From Burkholderiales bacterium (GTDB taxonomy: Bacteria > Pseudomonadota > Gammaproteobacteria > Burkholderiales > SG8-39): a stretch of 64,000 nt of DNA. The stretch is taken from positions 183 through 64,182 of the forward strand of contig JBFFEY010000013.1 in NCBI GenBank assembly GCA_041558415.1. The letters run 5' to 3'. The notes beneath the pieces were generated by a model, which saw only the letters and a program-made list of their open reading frames with translations, was not told where the DNA came from and ran no database searches. Shown here one piece after another: positions 45,071 to 54,276 of the stretch (positions are counted from its first letter, which is position 1; each line of letters starts with the position of its first letter). The position numbers were made by a program, and so were the translations under genes.

Positions 45071-45783
45071 CGCGCCGCGAGCACGCGCGCCAGCGCCTCG
45101 ATCACCTGCGCGCGCCGCGTGCGCGCCCGCGCGTGCACCATGGTCGCCTGGTTCAGTTCGAGTTCGATGCCGAGGTACACCGTTTCGGGGTGGCGCCGCC
45201 GCCACCAGGTCGTGAAGCCGTCGCTCTTGCCAAGATACGGATAGTTGCGCCGCACGCGCAAGTCGGGGGCGACGATTTTCAGCTCGCGCTGCCAGGCGGC
45301 GCACAGCGCGGCCTCTTCCGCGCGCGCCGGGTCGTACAGCAGCCCGACGTCGGCGGTGCGTGCGACGCCCTCGAGCGACGCCGCGAAGCTGTGGCAGGAC
45401 AGGTGCAGCGTCGGCCGGCCGCTGCGGATCGCGCCGCCGACCAGCGCCTCGACGCGCCGACGGTGTGGCAGGTAATGACGCTCGAAGATTTCGCGGCGCT
45501 GCAACCGGTCGGCCTCGCGCGTGACAAACGAGTAGAGCTGCGGATGGCCGTGCGAGCGGTTCAGATCGACCAGCAGGCGCGTCGCCGTTGCCGCCGCGAG
45601 CGGCGCGCCGAACGCCGCCGCGAGGGCGCGCGCCATCGCCAGCGCACCGCGGTCGTAGGCACGGTGGCTGTCGAGCAGCGCGCGATGCGGGACAAACAGC
45701 GGCCGGTAGCGCGCCGGCACGGCGTTGCTGGCATGCTCGCAGCTCACCACGACCGCGTGGCGGTAGCGCATCGCGTCGCTCAC
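45067..45783 (-). CDS. N-formylglutamate amidohydrolase (FGase) family
   Basis: 238 aa. Motifs VVSCEHASNAVP, LVDLNRS and LHLSCHSF. Confidence 0.75.
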   Translation of the reverse strand: MSDAMRYRHAVVVSCEHASNAVPARYRPLFVPHRALLDSHRAYDRGALAMARALAAAFGAPLAAATATRLLVDLNRSHGHPQLYSFVTREADRLQRREIFERHYLPHRRRVEALVGGAIRSGRPTLHLSCHSFAASLEGVARTADVGLLYDPARAEEAALCAAWQRELKIVAPDLRVRRNYPYLGKSDGFTTWWRRRHPETVYLGIELELNQATMVHARARTRRAQVIEALARVLAAR

Positions 45784-45788
45784 GGCCC

Positions 45789-47042
45789 TCAGGCTTCGGC
45801 GCTGAACGGCCGACCGGCCTCCAGGCAGTCACACAGCTCGGCGTATACCGCCTGCAGGCGTTCGCGCGGCAGCTCGCTGCCCGCCGCCTGCAGGATACGG
45901 CGCGCGAGCGGTCCTTCGGAGAGGATCAGCTCGAGGCGCTCGTTCCACAGCGTGCGCTCCTCGTCGCTGCCGACCAGTGACAGCGTCGTCTCGATGAGGT
46001 GGCGCCACAGCTCGCCGGCAGTGGCGCGCCGCGCGCGCAGGCCGAGCCCGGTGAGATACTCGGCGTCGTCGATGATCGCGGCGTCCGCGTCCGCGATGCA
46101 GGCGTGCAGAATGTTCACCAGGCGTGCGGTCGGAAACGGTGCCAGCGGATCCTCGTTGGCGAGGCGCCCCTCGTAGCAGGCGCGCAGCGCGCCGATCGCG
46201 GCGGCGGCCACCGCAAGATCCATTGCCGGGCACTCCTGCGTGTCGATGACGCGCAGCTCGAGCGCGCTGCGATCGAAGCGCACGATCGCACCGCGCGCGT
46301 TGAGCCACTCGTCCTGCATCACGCCGTCGGCATCGAAGGGCGCCATCTCGGCGTACATGGGCGCGAGGATCTCGGCGCGGTAGGCCGCTTCGCTGCGCAC
46401 CGGCTCGGGCACGATATCGCCGAGCATCGCGGGCACGCGCGCCGCGTGCGTCAGGTAGCACTGCATGCGGTAGTCGAGCACCGTCTGGCGCGCACCGTCG
46501 GCGACCGGCGAACTCGCCGCGAGCGCCGGCAGGATCGGCAGCACGCGGCGCGCCGCTGCGAGCAGCCGCGCCAGCTCGGCGTCGCCGGCGAACGGCAGGT
46601 TGACGTGCATGCTCTGCACGTTGGCCCAGCCATGGCGCCGGCAGTCGAACACGCGGTCGTAGGTGGCGTAAATCTCGGCATATTCGTGCGGCCAGAGGCG
46701 CGTCTCGCTGCGCGGATTCATCCAGGGGTGCATGCCGGTCGGCATGAGGCGCGCGCCGAGTGGCGCAAGGCGCGCGTTCATCGCGCGCACCTCGTCCTGA
46801 AAGCCCTCGGCGAGCGACTCGAGCCCCGCCTCCGGGCGCTCGCTTTTCAGTTCCAGAAGGTGCAGCACCAGCTCGTTCGACCAGCCGAAGCGGCCGTGGT
46901 TCAGCGCGTTGACCACCGCGCCCGAGGCGTCGCGCAACAACTGGTCGGCGATCGGCCGCACCGCGAGCGTCTCGCGGTCCACCAGCACGTACTCCAGCTC
47001 GATGCCGGCGCCGGCGAAGGCATGCAGGGCTTTCGGTGCCAT
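45789..47042 (-). CDS. Glutamate-cysteine ligase family 2 (GCS2/YbdK-like carboxylate-amine ligase)
   Basis: 417 aa. Motifs GIELEYVLVD, SNELVLHLLELKS and MHVNLPF. Confidence 0.75.
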   Translation of the reverse strand: MAPKALHAFAGAGIELEYVLVDRETLAVRPIADQLLRDASGAVVNALNHGRFGWSNELVLHLLELKSERPEAGLESLAEGFQDEVRAMNARLAPLGARLMPTGMHPWMNPRSETRLWPHEYAEIYATYDRVFDCRRHGWANVQSMHVNLPFAGDAELARLLAAARRVLPILPALAASSPVADGARQTVLDYRMQCYLTHAARVPAMLGDIVPEPVRSEAAYRAEILAPMYAEMAPFDADGVMQDEWLNARGAIVRFDRSALELRVIDTQECPAMDLAVAAAAIGALRACYEGRLANEDPLAPFPTARLVNILHACIADADAAIIDDAEYLTGLGLRARRATAGELWRHLIETTLSLVGSDEERTLWNERLELILSEGPLARRILQAAGSELPRERLQAVYAELCDCLEAGRPFSAEA

Positions 47043-47043
47043 T

Positions 47044-48507
47044 TCAGCGGCTGCGCTTGCGCTCTTCGATGCGCCGCACGATGGTGCCCATGATCTCGCG
47101 GTACAAGGCGTCCTTCAGGACCTCATCCTCCACGCCGGCGTCGACGCTCGGATTGTCGTTCACCTCGACCACGTAATAGCGCTCGCCGACCTGCTTCAGG
47201 TCGACGCCGTAGAAGCCGTCGCCGATCAGGTTGGCGGCCTTGAGGGCGATCTTGAGCAGCTCGGCCGGCGCCTCGCCCACCGACAGCGTCACCGAGCGCC
47301 CCTCGACCGGCTTGCCCTCGCCTTCGCGCCGCACCACCTGCCAATGGCCGCGCGCCATGTAGTACTTGCAGACATAGAGCACGCGGCGATCGAGGATGCC
47401 GACACGCCAGTCGAAGTCGGTCGGCAGCCATTCCTGCGCCACCACTAGCTCCGAGTCGTCCAGCATGGCGTTGACTTCCTGCTTGAGCTGATCCTGCGTC
47501 TCGACCTTCTTCACGCCGAGCGAGAACGCCCCGTCCGGCCGTTTCAGCACGCAGGGCAGCGCGAGCGCCGAGATGATCTGGTCCGTGTTGCCTTTGTGTA
47601 CCAGCAGCGTCTTCGGCACCGGCACGTCATAGCGGTCGAACAGCTCGGCGAGGTAGACCTTGTTGCTGCAGCGCAGGATCGATTCCGGATCATCGATCAC
47701 GACCAGGCCCTCCGCCGCCGCTCGGCGCGCGAAGCGGTAGGTGTAGTGATTGACGAAGGTGGTGTCGCGGATGAACAGGGCGTCGAATTCGGCTAGCCGG
47801 CCGATGTCGTCCCGTTGGATCAGCTCGCAGGCCATGCCCACCGCCTCCGCGGCGCGCTCGAACTTCGCCAGCGCCCTGGCGTTCGACGGCGGCTCGGGGT
47901 TTTCCGGATCGTGCAGGATGGCGAGATCGAAGCGCGGCTCGGCGCGGCGCCGTGCGCGCCGGTAGCGCCCCCCGAAATAGTCCGTCGCCGCCTGGATGAC
48001 GAACGGCTTGTGTGCTTCCGGGATGTCGCTCGCCGCGATCGGGCGGATCGCTTGCACGCGCCACTCTCCGCGCCGGCGCCGGAAGGTCGCGCGCAACAGC
48101 GGCGCCGGCACCAGGTGGAACAGGTGCTGGCACAGCGAGTCGTAGCGCGCCGCGACGTTGCGCCCGAAGTAGATGCTCAGCTCGAACTCGTCGGACTTGA
48201 TCGGCGCGAGCGAGCGCTGGATCTGGTCTTCGAGTCCCTCGATCAGCAGCCGCACCAGGTTGCGTGACTGCAGGTCCTCGATCGTGCTGACCCGGGGCAG
48301 CGGCTTGTGGCCGCGCGCCTCGGCCAGCAGCGAGACGTAGTAGCCGAGGCTCTGGTAGCGGTACGAGCGGCACAGGTTGAAGACCTTGCCGCTATGGGCC
48401 TCGTTATAGGCCGGGTCGGTCAGGTAGGCGCGCGCCGACACCAGCGTGACGCCCGCAATCTGCAGCGGCCACTGGCGCGGCTCGTCGACGACGATCAGGA
48501 TGCTCAT
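47044..48507 (-). CDS. RimK-type ATP-grasp ligase with an N-terminal RLAN-like domain
   Basis: 487 aa. The N-terminal roughly 200 aa (VFNLCRSYRYQSLGYYVSLLAEARGHKPLP) precede the ATP-grasp core (LPCVLKRPDGAFSLGVKKV, VVAQEWLPTDFDWRVGIL, YYVVEVNDNPS). Confidence 0.8.
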   Translation of the reverse strand: MSILIVVDEPRQWPLQIAGVTLVSARAYLTDPAYNEAHSGKVFNLCRSYRYQSLGYYVSLLAEARGHKPLPRVSTIEDLQSRNLVRLLIEGLEDQIQRSLAPIKSDEFELSIYFGRNVAARYDSLCQHLFHLVPAPLLRATFRRRRGEWRVQAIRPIAASDIPEAHKPFVIQAATDYFGGRYRRARRRAEPRFDLAILHDPENPEPPSNARALAKFERAAEAVGMACELIQRDDIGRLAEFDALFIRDTTFVNHYTYRFARRAAAEGLVVIDDPESILRCSNKVYLAELFDRYDVPVPKTLLVHKGNTDQIISALALPCVLKRPDGAFSLGVKKVETQDQLKQEVNAMLDDSELVVAQEWLPTDFDWRVGILDRRVLYVCKYYMARGHWQVVRREGEGKPVEGRSVTLSVGEAPAELLKIALKAANLIGDGFYGVDLKQVGERYYVVEVNDNPSVDAGVEDEVLKDALYREIMGTIVRRIEERKRSR

Positions 48508-49232
48508 CGCCTGCGGATCCGTCCGCTTGGGTTGATGACCAGCAGATTGGCGTCATGCGTCACGATGCCGAGCAGAACCGCGTTCAGCACGCGGTCGATG
48601 TTGATCCAGTAGCGCCGGCTCGATCCGTAGGGGTGCGGTCCGTAGGGATCGACCACCAGCACGCTGCGCGCGCGCCGGTCGTAGCCCGCGAGCACGACGA
48701 AATGGCCCGCCGGGCCGCCGCGGACGTCATCGGGAACGTCATGCGGGCCGTACTCGCGCGCGCTGCGGTAGAGGAAGGTCGAGGAAAGGCCCGTAAGGAT
48801 CGGCAGCCGGCGGCGCAGGACGGCGCGCACCAGCGAGCGCGACAGGTCAGCCAGGCGCAGGCGCCCGCCAAGCGCGAGAAACTCGAGGTAACCGTCGGTC
48901 GCGTGGACCAGGTGCGGGTCGCGGTGCTTCTTGTCGCGCTGGCGCCGCAGCCGGTCCGCGATATCGACGCCGGGGCGAAACCAGGTCGGATCGAACACCG
49001 TCAGGTTGTAGGTGTAGATCGTCGCCTCGAAGCCCTTGCGCAGCGCGTCGCAGGCGAGAAACACCGCGTAGGTGCCGCCGTGCTCGAGGCGTCGCGCGCG
49101 CGCGATGATCGTGCGCAGCGCCTCGCGCCTGCCCCAGTAGCGGTAGATGGCATGCAGGCAGGTCGGGCCGCAGCTCGTCCCGTCCGGCTGGGCGAGCATG
49201 GTCACCGGCAGCCGCAACGTGACGGGTAGCAT
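48504..49232 (-). CDS. Papain-fold (C39-like) cysteine peptidase
   Basis: 242 aa. QPDGTSCGPTCL provides the Gln plus nucleophile Cys, and GHFVVLAGYD provides the His. The stop overlaps the ATP-grasp ATG (ATGA 48504-48507). Confidence 0.65.
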   Translation of the reverse strand: MLPVTLRLPVTMLAQPDGTSCGPTCLHAIYRYWGRREALRTIIARARRLEHGGTYAVFLACDALRKGFEATIYTYNLTVFDPTWFRPGVDIADRLRRQRDKKHRDPHLVHATDGYLEFLALGGRLRLADLSRSLVRAVLRRRLPILTGLSSTFLYRSAREYGPHDVPDDVRGGPAGHFVVLAGYDRRARSVLVVDPYGPHPYGSSRRYWINIDRVLNAVLLGIVTHDANLLVINPSGRIRRR

Positions 49233-49246
49233 GGGGCGCGGATTGT

Positions 49247-49282
49247 AGCGGTTTTAGCGGTTTTAGCGGCTTGAGCGGCTTG
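49247..49282. repeat. Four tandem 9-mers (2x AGCGGTTTT, 2x AGCGGCTTG)
   Basis: Counted base by base: 49247-49255, 49256-49264, 49265-49273 and 49274-49282. They fill most of the 50-nt gap between the ALDH stop (49283) and the peptidase ATG (49232). Confidence 0.9.
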
Positions 49283-50719
49283 TCAGGCGAGCGTGTAGGC
49301 CGTCTTCACCGTGGTGTAGAACTCGGCCGCATAGCGGCCCTGCTCGCGCGGCCCGTAGCTCGAGCCCTTGCGCCCGCCAAACGGCACGTGGTAGTCGACG
49401 CCCGCGGTCGGCAGATTGACCATCACCATGCCCGCCTGCGCATTGCGCTTGAAATGGGAGGCGTACTTGAGCGAGGTCGTGCAGATGCCCGCCGACAGGC
49501 CGAAACTCGTGTCGTTGGCCACCGCCAGCGCCTCGTCGTAATCCTTGACCCGGATCACGCTCGCGATCGGGCCGAAGATCTCCTCGCGGTTGATGCGCAT
49601 GCCGTTGTGGGTGTCGGTGAACAGCGCCGGCTGCAGGAAATAGCCTTCGGTCTCGCGCCCGAGGATGTCGCCACCGAACACCTTGGCACCCTCGTTGCGG
49701 CCGACGTCGAGGTAGGACAGGTCCTGGTTGAGCTGCGACTGGTCGACCACCGGGCCGATGTCGACGCCGGGCTTGAGCGCGTTGTCGACCTTGAGCGCCT
49801 GCATCTTCTCGCGCATCGCAGCAACGAATTTGTCGTGCATGCCCTGCGTGACGATCAGTCGGCTCGAGGCGGTGCAGCGCTGCCCCGTGGAGAAAAAGGC
49901 GCCGTTCACGCAGGCGCCGACGGCGACCGCGAGATCCGCGTCGTCGAGCACCACCATCGGGTTCTTGCCGCCCATCTCGAGCTGGATCTTCTTGCCCTGC
50001 GCGACCGCGCGCTGCGCGATGCCGCGTCCGGTCTCGACCGAGCCGGTGAACGAGATCGCCGCAACGTCCGGCGAGGCGACGATCGCTTCGCCGACCACCG
50101 CGCCACGCCCCATGACCAGGTTGAAGGCGCCGGCCGGCACGCCCGCCTCCTCGAGGATCTTGGCGAGCGCCCAGGCACAGCCCGGCACCAAGTCCGCAGA
50201 CTTGAACACCACGCAGTTGCCGTAGGCCAGCGCCGGCGCGATCTTCCAGGCTGGGATGGCGATCGGGAAATTCCAGGGCGTGATGATGCCGACCACGCCG
50301 AGCGGCTCGCGCGTGATCTCGACGTCGACGCCGGGGCGTACCGACGTCAGTTTCTCGCCCTCGATCCGCACCACCTCGCCGGCGAAGAACTTGAAGATGT
50401 AGCCGGCGCGCGCCGCCTCGCCGATCGCCTCGGGCAGCGTCTTACCCTCCTCGCGCGCCAGCAGCTTGCCGAGTTCCTCCTTGCGCGCGAGGATCGCGCT
50501 GCCCGCGCGGTCGAGAATGTCGGCACGCTCCTGGATGCTCGACCAGCCCCACTTCGGAAACGCCGCCTTCGCCGCCGCGATCGCCGCCTGGGCCTGCGCC
50601 GCGTCCGCCTGCGCGTACTCGCCGACGACGTCGGCGAGATCCGACGGGTTCTTGTTCAGGTTAACGCCGGCGCCCGGCAGCCACTGGCCGCCGATCAGAT
50701 TTGCGTGCAGGTTGCTCAT
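49283..50719 (-). CDS. Aldehyde dehydrogenase, alpha-ketoglutarate-semialdehyde dehydrogenase-like
   Basis: 478 aa. Motifs ITPWNFP, EMGGKNP and FFSTGQRCTA (catalytic Cys). The KGSADH assignment comes from overall similarity as I recall it and from the adjacent XylX-like gene. Confidence 0.75.
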   Translation of the reverse strand: MSNLHANLIGGQWLPGAGVNLNKNPSDLADVVGEYAQADAAQAQAAIAAAKAAFPKWGWSSIQERADILDRAGSAILARKEELGKLLAREEGKTLPEAIGEAARAGYIFKFFAGEVVRIEGEKLTSVRPGVDVEITREPLGVVGIITPWNFPIAIPAWKIAPALAYGNCVVFKSADLVPGCAWALAKILEEAGVPAGAFNLVMGRGAVVGEAIVASPDVAAISFTGSVETGRGIAQRAVAQGKKIQLEMGGKNPMVVLDDADLAVAVGACVNGAFFSTGQRCTASSRLIVTQGMHDKFVAAMREKMQALKVDNALKPGVDIGPVVDQSQLNQDLSYLDVGRNEGAKVFGGDILGRETEGYFLQPALFTDTHNGMRINREEIFGPIASVIRVKDYDEALAVANDTSFGLSAGICTTSLKYASHFKRNAQAGMVMVNLPTAGVDYHVPFGGRKGSSYGPREQGRYAAEFYTTVKTAYTLA

Positions 50720-50740
50720 CTGCTTCTCCTCCGTGTGTAC

Positions 50741-51934
50741 TCAGTGCTTCAACAGGCCGCGCTGCGCGAGGTTGCGCATCAGCGCGCCGGCGCCGAAAGT
50801 CCAGGGTTCGATCTCGTCGCAATAGCGCACGCGGTTCACCAGCGCGCCGAGCGACGGGGTGGCAATCGTCACCCGGTCGCCCGGCTTGTGGGTGAAACCC
50901 TGGCCGGGCGCGTCGCGATCCTGGATCGGCGCGAACATCGTGCCGAGGTAAAGCGCGAGCCCGTCGGGGTACTGGTGGTTCTCGTTCATCGCCTGGCGCA
51001 CGATCTCGAGCGGGTCACGGCTGATCTTCGAGAGCGAGCTTACGCCCTCCAGGGCGAAGCCGTCGTCGCCTTCCACCTTGAGCGCGACGTCCGCCGCGCG
51101 CACCTGGTCGATCGTAAAGCGGCCGTCGAACAGGCGGATGAACGGCCCGATCGCACTCGAAGCGTTGTTGTCCTTGGCGCGGCCGAGCAGCAGCGCGCTG
51201 CGGCCCTCGACGTCACGCAGGTTGACGTCGTTGCCGAGCGTCGCGCCGACCACCTCGCCGCGCGCGTTCGCGACCAGCACCACCTCGGGCTCGGGATTGT
51301 TCCAGGTCGAAGTGCGCAGGATGCCGATGTCGGCGCCGACGCCCACCGATGCCAGCGGCGCGCACTTGGTGAAAATCTCGGCGTCCGGCCCGATGCCGAC
51401 CTCGAGATACTGCGACCAGGCGCCCTGCTCGATGAGCGTTTTCTTCAGCGCCATCGCCGCCTCCGATCCGGGGCGGATCGCGGCGAGGTCGCCGCCGACC
51501 AGCGCGTCGATCTTCGCGCGGATCGCCTGCGCCTTCGACGGGTCGCCGCGCGCCTGCTCCTCGATCACGCGCTCGAGCAGGCTGGTCACGAAGGTCACGC
51601 CGCTCGCCTTCACCACCTGCAGATCCAGCGGCGCGAGAAAGCGCGTGCGCGCCGCGCTTTCCGGACCGGCGGCGCTCGCCACCAGCAGCGCATCGACGCG
51701 GCCGATCGACGGCAAGCCGTCGAGCGTGGCGAGCTGCGCGGCGAGATCGTAGTGCTCGAGCAGCTGCGCCACGGTCGGCGCGAGCGAAGACAGGTCGAGC
51801 ACCTCGTCGCCGCGCAGCAGCACCGGGCTCGGCCCGCCCGGATCGCCGGCCAGCCAGGCGCGCCCGACCAGCACCGCCTGCGCCGCGTCGGCGGGCAGCA
51901 CCCGCGCCTTGTTGAGCAGCGACTCGACCTGCAT
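50741..51934 (-). CDS. FAH-family 2-keto-3-deoxy-pentonate dehydratase-like (XylX-like)
   Basis: Trimmed to MQVESLLNKARV (cat 51932-51934). Long stretches match my memory of XylX-type proteins: WSQYLEVGIGPDAEIFTK, WNNPEPEVVLV, LGNDVNLRDVEGRSALLLGRAKDNNAS, HQYPDGLALYLGTMFAPIQDRD. Confidence 0.65.
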   Translation of the reverse strand: MQVESLLNKARVLPADAAQAVLVGRAWLAGDPGGPSPVLLRGDEVLDLSSLAPTVAQLLEHYDLAAQLATLDGLPSIGRVDALLVASAAGPESAARTRFLAPLDLQVVKASGVTFVTSLLERVIEEQARGDPSKAQAIRAKIDALVGGDLAAIRPGSEAAMALKKTLIEQGAWSQYLEVGIGPDAEIFTKCAPLASVGVGADIGILRTSTWNNPEPEVVLVANARGEVVGATLGNDVNLRDVEGRSALLLGRAKDNNASSAIGPFIRLFDGRFTIDQVRAADVALKVEGDDGFALEGVSSLSKISRDPLEIVRQAMNENHQYPDGLALYLGTMFAPIQDRDAPGQGFTHKPGDRVTIATPSLGALVNRVRYCDEIEPWTFGAGALMRNLAQRGLLKH

Positions 51935-51939
51935 TCCCT

Positions 51940-52425
51940 TCAGTCCCTGGGCCGCTTGCGCAGCAGATAACGGTGATTGCCCTCCAGCACGAGGACGTTC
52001 TGCTGGTTGTGCACCGTCGCGCGCAGCACCATCACGCCGGTCGAGCGCTGCGGGATCAGCTCCGCAACCTCGAGCAGCGGGTACAGGGTGTCGCCGCTGT
52101 ACACCGGGGCGAGCATCTTCGCCGAGCATTCGAGCATCGCCACCAGCGAATCGGCGACCAGCCGCGGGAAAACCCCCGCCCCCGCGGCCGTCTGGATCAT
52201 GACCTGCAGGCCGTGCGCCAGCATGCCCGGATGACCGCGGCGCCGACAGTACTCGACGTCGTAATGGATCGGGTCGTTGTCACCCGAGGCGAGCTGAAAG
52301 GCAGCGAACAGCGCATCGGTCTGGGTACGCGACGGGATGTAGAAGCGCTCGCCAAGGGCGAAATCCTCGAACCAGCGCGTCGCAGCGAAACGATGGTCAC
52401 GCGCCGCATCGAACCCCGGAGCCAT
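51940..52425 (-). CDS. MaoC-like single hot-dog dehydratase
   Basis: 161 aa. Motifs GDNDPIHYD and MLAHGLQV. Confidence 0.75.
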   Translation of the reverse strand: MAPGFDAARDHRFAATRWFEDFALGERFYIPSRTQTDALFAAFQLASGDNDPIHYDVEYCRRRGHPGMLAHGLQVMIQTAAGAGVFPRLVADSLVAMLECSAKMLAPVYSGDTLYPLLEVAELIPQRSTGVMVLRATVHNQQNVLVLEGNHRYLLRKRPRD

Positions 52426-52450
52426 GTTGCTATCCTAGCAGTCTCCCAGC

Positions 52451-53497
52451 TTGGACGTGACCGTCGAAACCCCGGTGACTGACCGCGTGCTGCTCGTTGA
52501 TCCGATCGACCCCTCGGGCGCCGAGCTGCTGGCGCAGGCCGTCGAGGTCATCGAAACGCGCGACGGCGACGTCGCGGCGGTGCGGCGCCTGGCGCAGGTC
52601 TGCGACGCCGCCATCATCCGTAGCCGCCTGCCGGACGACATCTTCGAGGTCGCGCCGCGCCTGCGCGCCGTGACCATCCACGGCACGGGCAGCGACCTGG
52701 TGCCGCTCGAAGCGGCGGACGCGCACGGCGTCATCGTCGCCAACCTGCCGGGCGAGAACGCGCAGTCCTGCGCCGAGTACTGCGTGATGGCGATGCTCAT
52801 GCTGGCGCGCAATATCGCCGCCATCACCGCGGCAATGCGCAGCGAGCCATGGGATGCGGCGCGCGCGCGCAGCGCCGAGGCGCACGAAATCGCCGGCATG
52901 ACCTGCGGCATCGTCGGCGTCGGCGCGATCGGCGGCCGCGTCGCCAATATCCTGCGGCGCGGTTTCGGCATGCGCGTGCTCGGTCACCAGCGGCGTCTCA
53001 ACCGGCTGCCGCCGGAGATCGAGCCGGTGACCATGGACCGGCTGCTCACCGAGTCCGATTTCGTCGTCATCACGGCGCCGCTCACCCCCGCCACGCAGCA
53101 TCTCTTCAACGCCGAGCGCATCGCACGCATGAAGCCCGGTGCCTGGCTGATCAACGTCGGGCGCGGCGCGGTGATCGACGAGCAGGCGCTGGTCGCGGCG
53201 CTGCGCGCACGGCGCATCCGCGGCGCCATGCTAGACGTGTTCGAGCATTACCGGCTCGCGCCCGGTCACCCCTTGTACGCGCTCGACAACGCGGTGCTCA
53301 CGCCGCATCTGGCGGGCATCACGCGCGAGTCGCGTGCGCGCATGGGCATCGCCGCCGCGCAGCTCACGCTCGCCATGCTCGCCGGCGAGCGCCCCGCCAA
53401 TCTCATCAACCCGCAGGCCTGGGAGGCGCACTGCGCGCGACGGCGCGCCGACGGTCCTGCGGCACAGCCTGAGTCGACACATGGCGAAAACCCGTAG
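52451..53497 (+). CDS. D-isomer-specific 2-hydroxyacid dehydrogenase family
   Basis: 348 aa with a TTG start (a GTG at 52457 is an alternative). Motifs CGIVGVGAIGGRVA, LINVGRGAVIDE and TPHLAG. Confidence 0.8.
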   Translation: MDVTVETPVTDRVLLVDPIDPSGAELLAQAVEVIETRDGDVAAVRRLAQVCDAAIIRSRLPDDIFEVAPRLRAVTIHGTGSDLVPLEAADAHGVIVANLPGENAQSCAEYCVMAMLMLARNIAAITAAMRSEPWDAARARSAEAHEIAGMTCGIVGVGAIGGRVANILRRGFGMRVLGHQRRLNRLPPEIEPVTMDRLLTESDFVVITAPLTPATQHLFNAERIARMKPGAWLINVGRGAVIDEQALVAALRARRIRGAMLDVFEHYRLAPGHPLYALDNAVLTPHLAGITRESRARMGIAAAQLTLAMLAGERPANLINPQAWEAHCARRRADGPAAQPESTHGENP

Positions 53498-54263
53498 ACC
53501 GATCCGATCGGAAATGGCGTGGAGCACGGCCGACCGCATCGTGGTGCGCGGCAAGGATCTGCCGAGCGAGATCCTCGGCCGCTTCAATCTGGGCGACATG
53601 GCGTTCCTCGAGCTCACCGGGCGCGCGCCGAACGCGCAGGAGTCGACCCTGTTCAACGCCATGGTGGTGACGCTGGTGGAACACGGCCTCACGCCCTCCG
53701 CGATCGCGGCACGCATGACCTACTTCGGCGCCCCGGAGGCGATGCAGGCCGCGGTCGCTGCCGGCCTGTGCGGCCTCGGCAGCGTATTCGTCGGCTCGAC
53801 CGAGGCCTGTGCGCGCATGCTGGCCGAGGCGCTGCCGGATCCCAAGGCGGAGGTCGACCTCGACGCGCTCGCCCAGCAGATCGTCGCGGCGCACCGTGCG
53901 CGCAAGGCCATCGTGCCGGGCATCGGCCATCCGATCCACAAGCCGGTCGACCCGCGCGTGCCGCGCCTGTTCGAAATCGCCCGCGACTGCGGTTTTTATG
54001 GCACTTACTGCCAGCTGGTCGAGCGCGTGCAGCAGGCCGCCGAGCACGCCGCCGGCAAGCCGCTGCCGCTAAACGCGACCGGTGCGCTCGGCGCACTGGC
54101 CTGCGAGATGGGCTTCGACTGGCGCGTGTGCCGCGGCATCGGCGTGATGGCGCGCGCGGTCGGCCTGGTCGGCCACCTGCTCGAGGAAGCACGCGCACCG
54201 ATCGCGCCGGAACTCTGGCATCGCACCGATGACGAAGCCTCCGAACATCTCAAACCCAAGTAA
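53481..54263 (+). CDS. Short citrate-synthase-family protein (citryl-CoA lyase-like)
   Basis: In-frame ATG 53481 (MAKTRRPIRSEMAWST). 260 aa with IVPGIGHPIHKPVDPR, a citrate-synthase-type His motif. It overlaps the upstream gene by 17 nt. Confidence 0.6.
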   Translation: MAKTRRPIRSEMAWSTADRIVVRGKDLPSEILGRFNLGDMAFLELTGRAPNAQESTLFNAMVVTLVEHGLTPSAIAARMTYFGAPEAMQAAVAAGLCGLGSVFVGSTEACARMLAEALPDPKAEVDLDALAQQIVAAHRARKAIVPGIGHPIHKPVDPRVPRLFEIARDCGFYGTYCQLVERVQQAAEHAAGKPLPLNATGALGALACEMGFDWRVCRGIGVMARAVGLVGHLLEEARAPIAPELWHRTDDEASEHLKPK

Positions 54264-54276
54264 GCGAAAGCCCCGC

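Noticed and set aside
49247-49282. Considered whether the tandem 9-mers could be a CRISPR array or a minisatellite.
   Set aside because: The units are contiguous with no spacers, only 9 bp long and only four in number. No cas genes are present. They are kept as a regulatory or slippage repeat instead.
49271-51970. Very long ORFs antisense to recognisable genes. Examples are 49271..51970(+) 899 aa, 58420..60897(+) 825 aa, 61372..63582(+) 736 aa, 27138..28730(-) 530 aa, 18317..19852(-) 511 aa and 16734..18620(-) 628 aa.
   Set aside because: Their translations are Arg/Ala/Gly/Pro/His-rich with no recognisable motifs. They lie opposite ORFs with clear family signatures (ALDH, FAH, antiporter, acyl-CoA synthetase, PqiB, CoA-transferase, ACAD). 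Stop-free antisense frames are expected at this G+C content.
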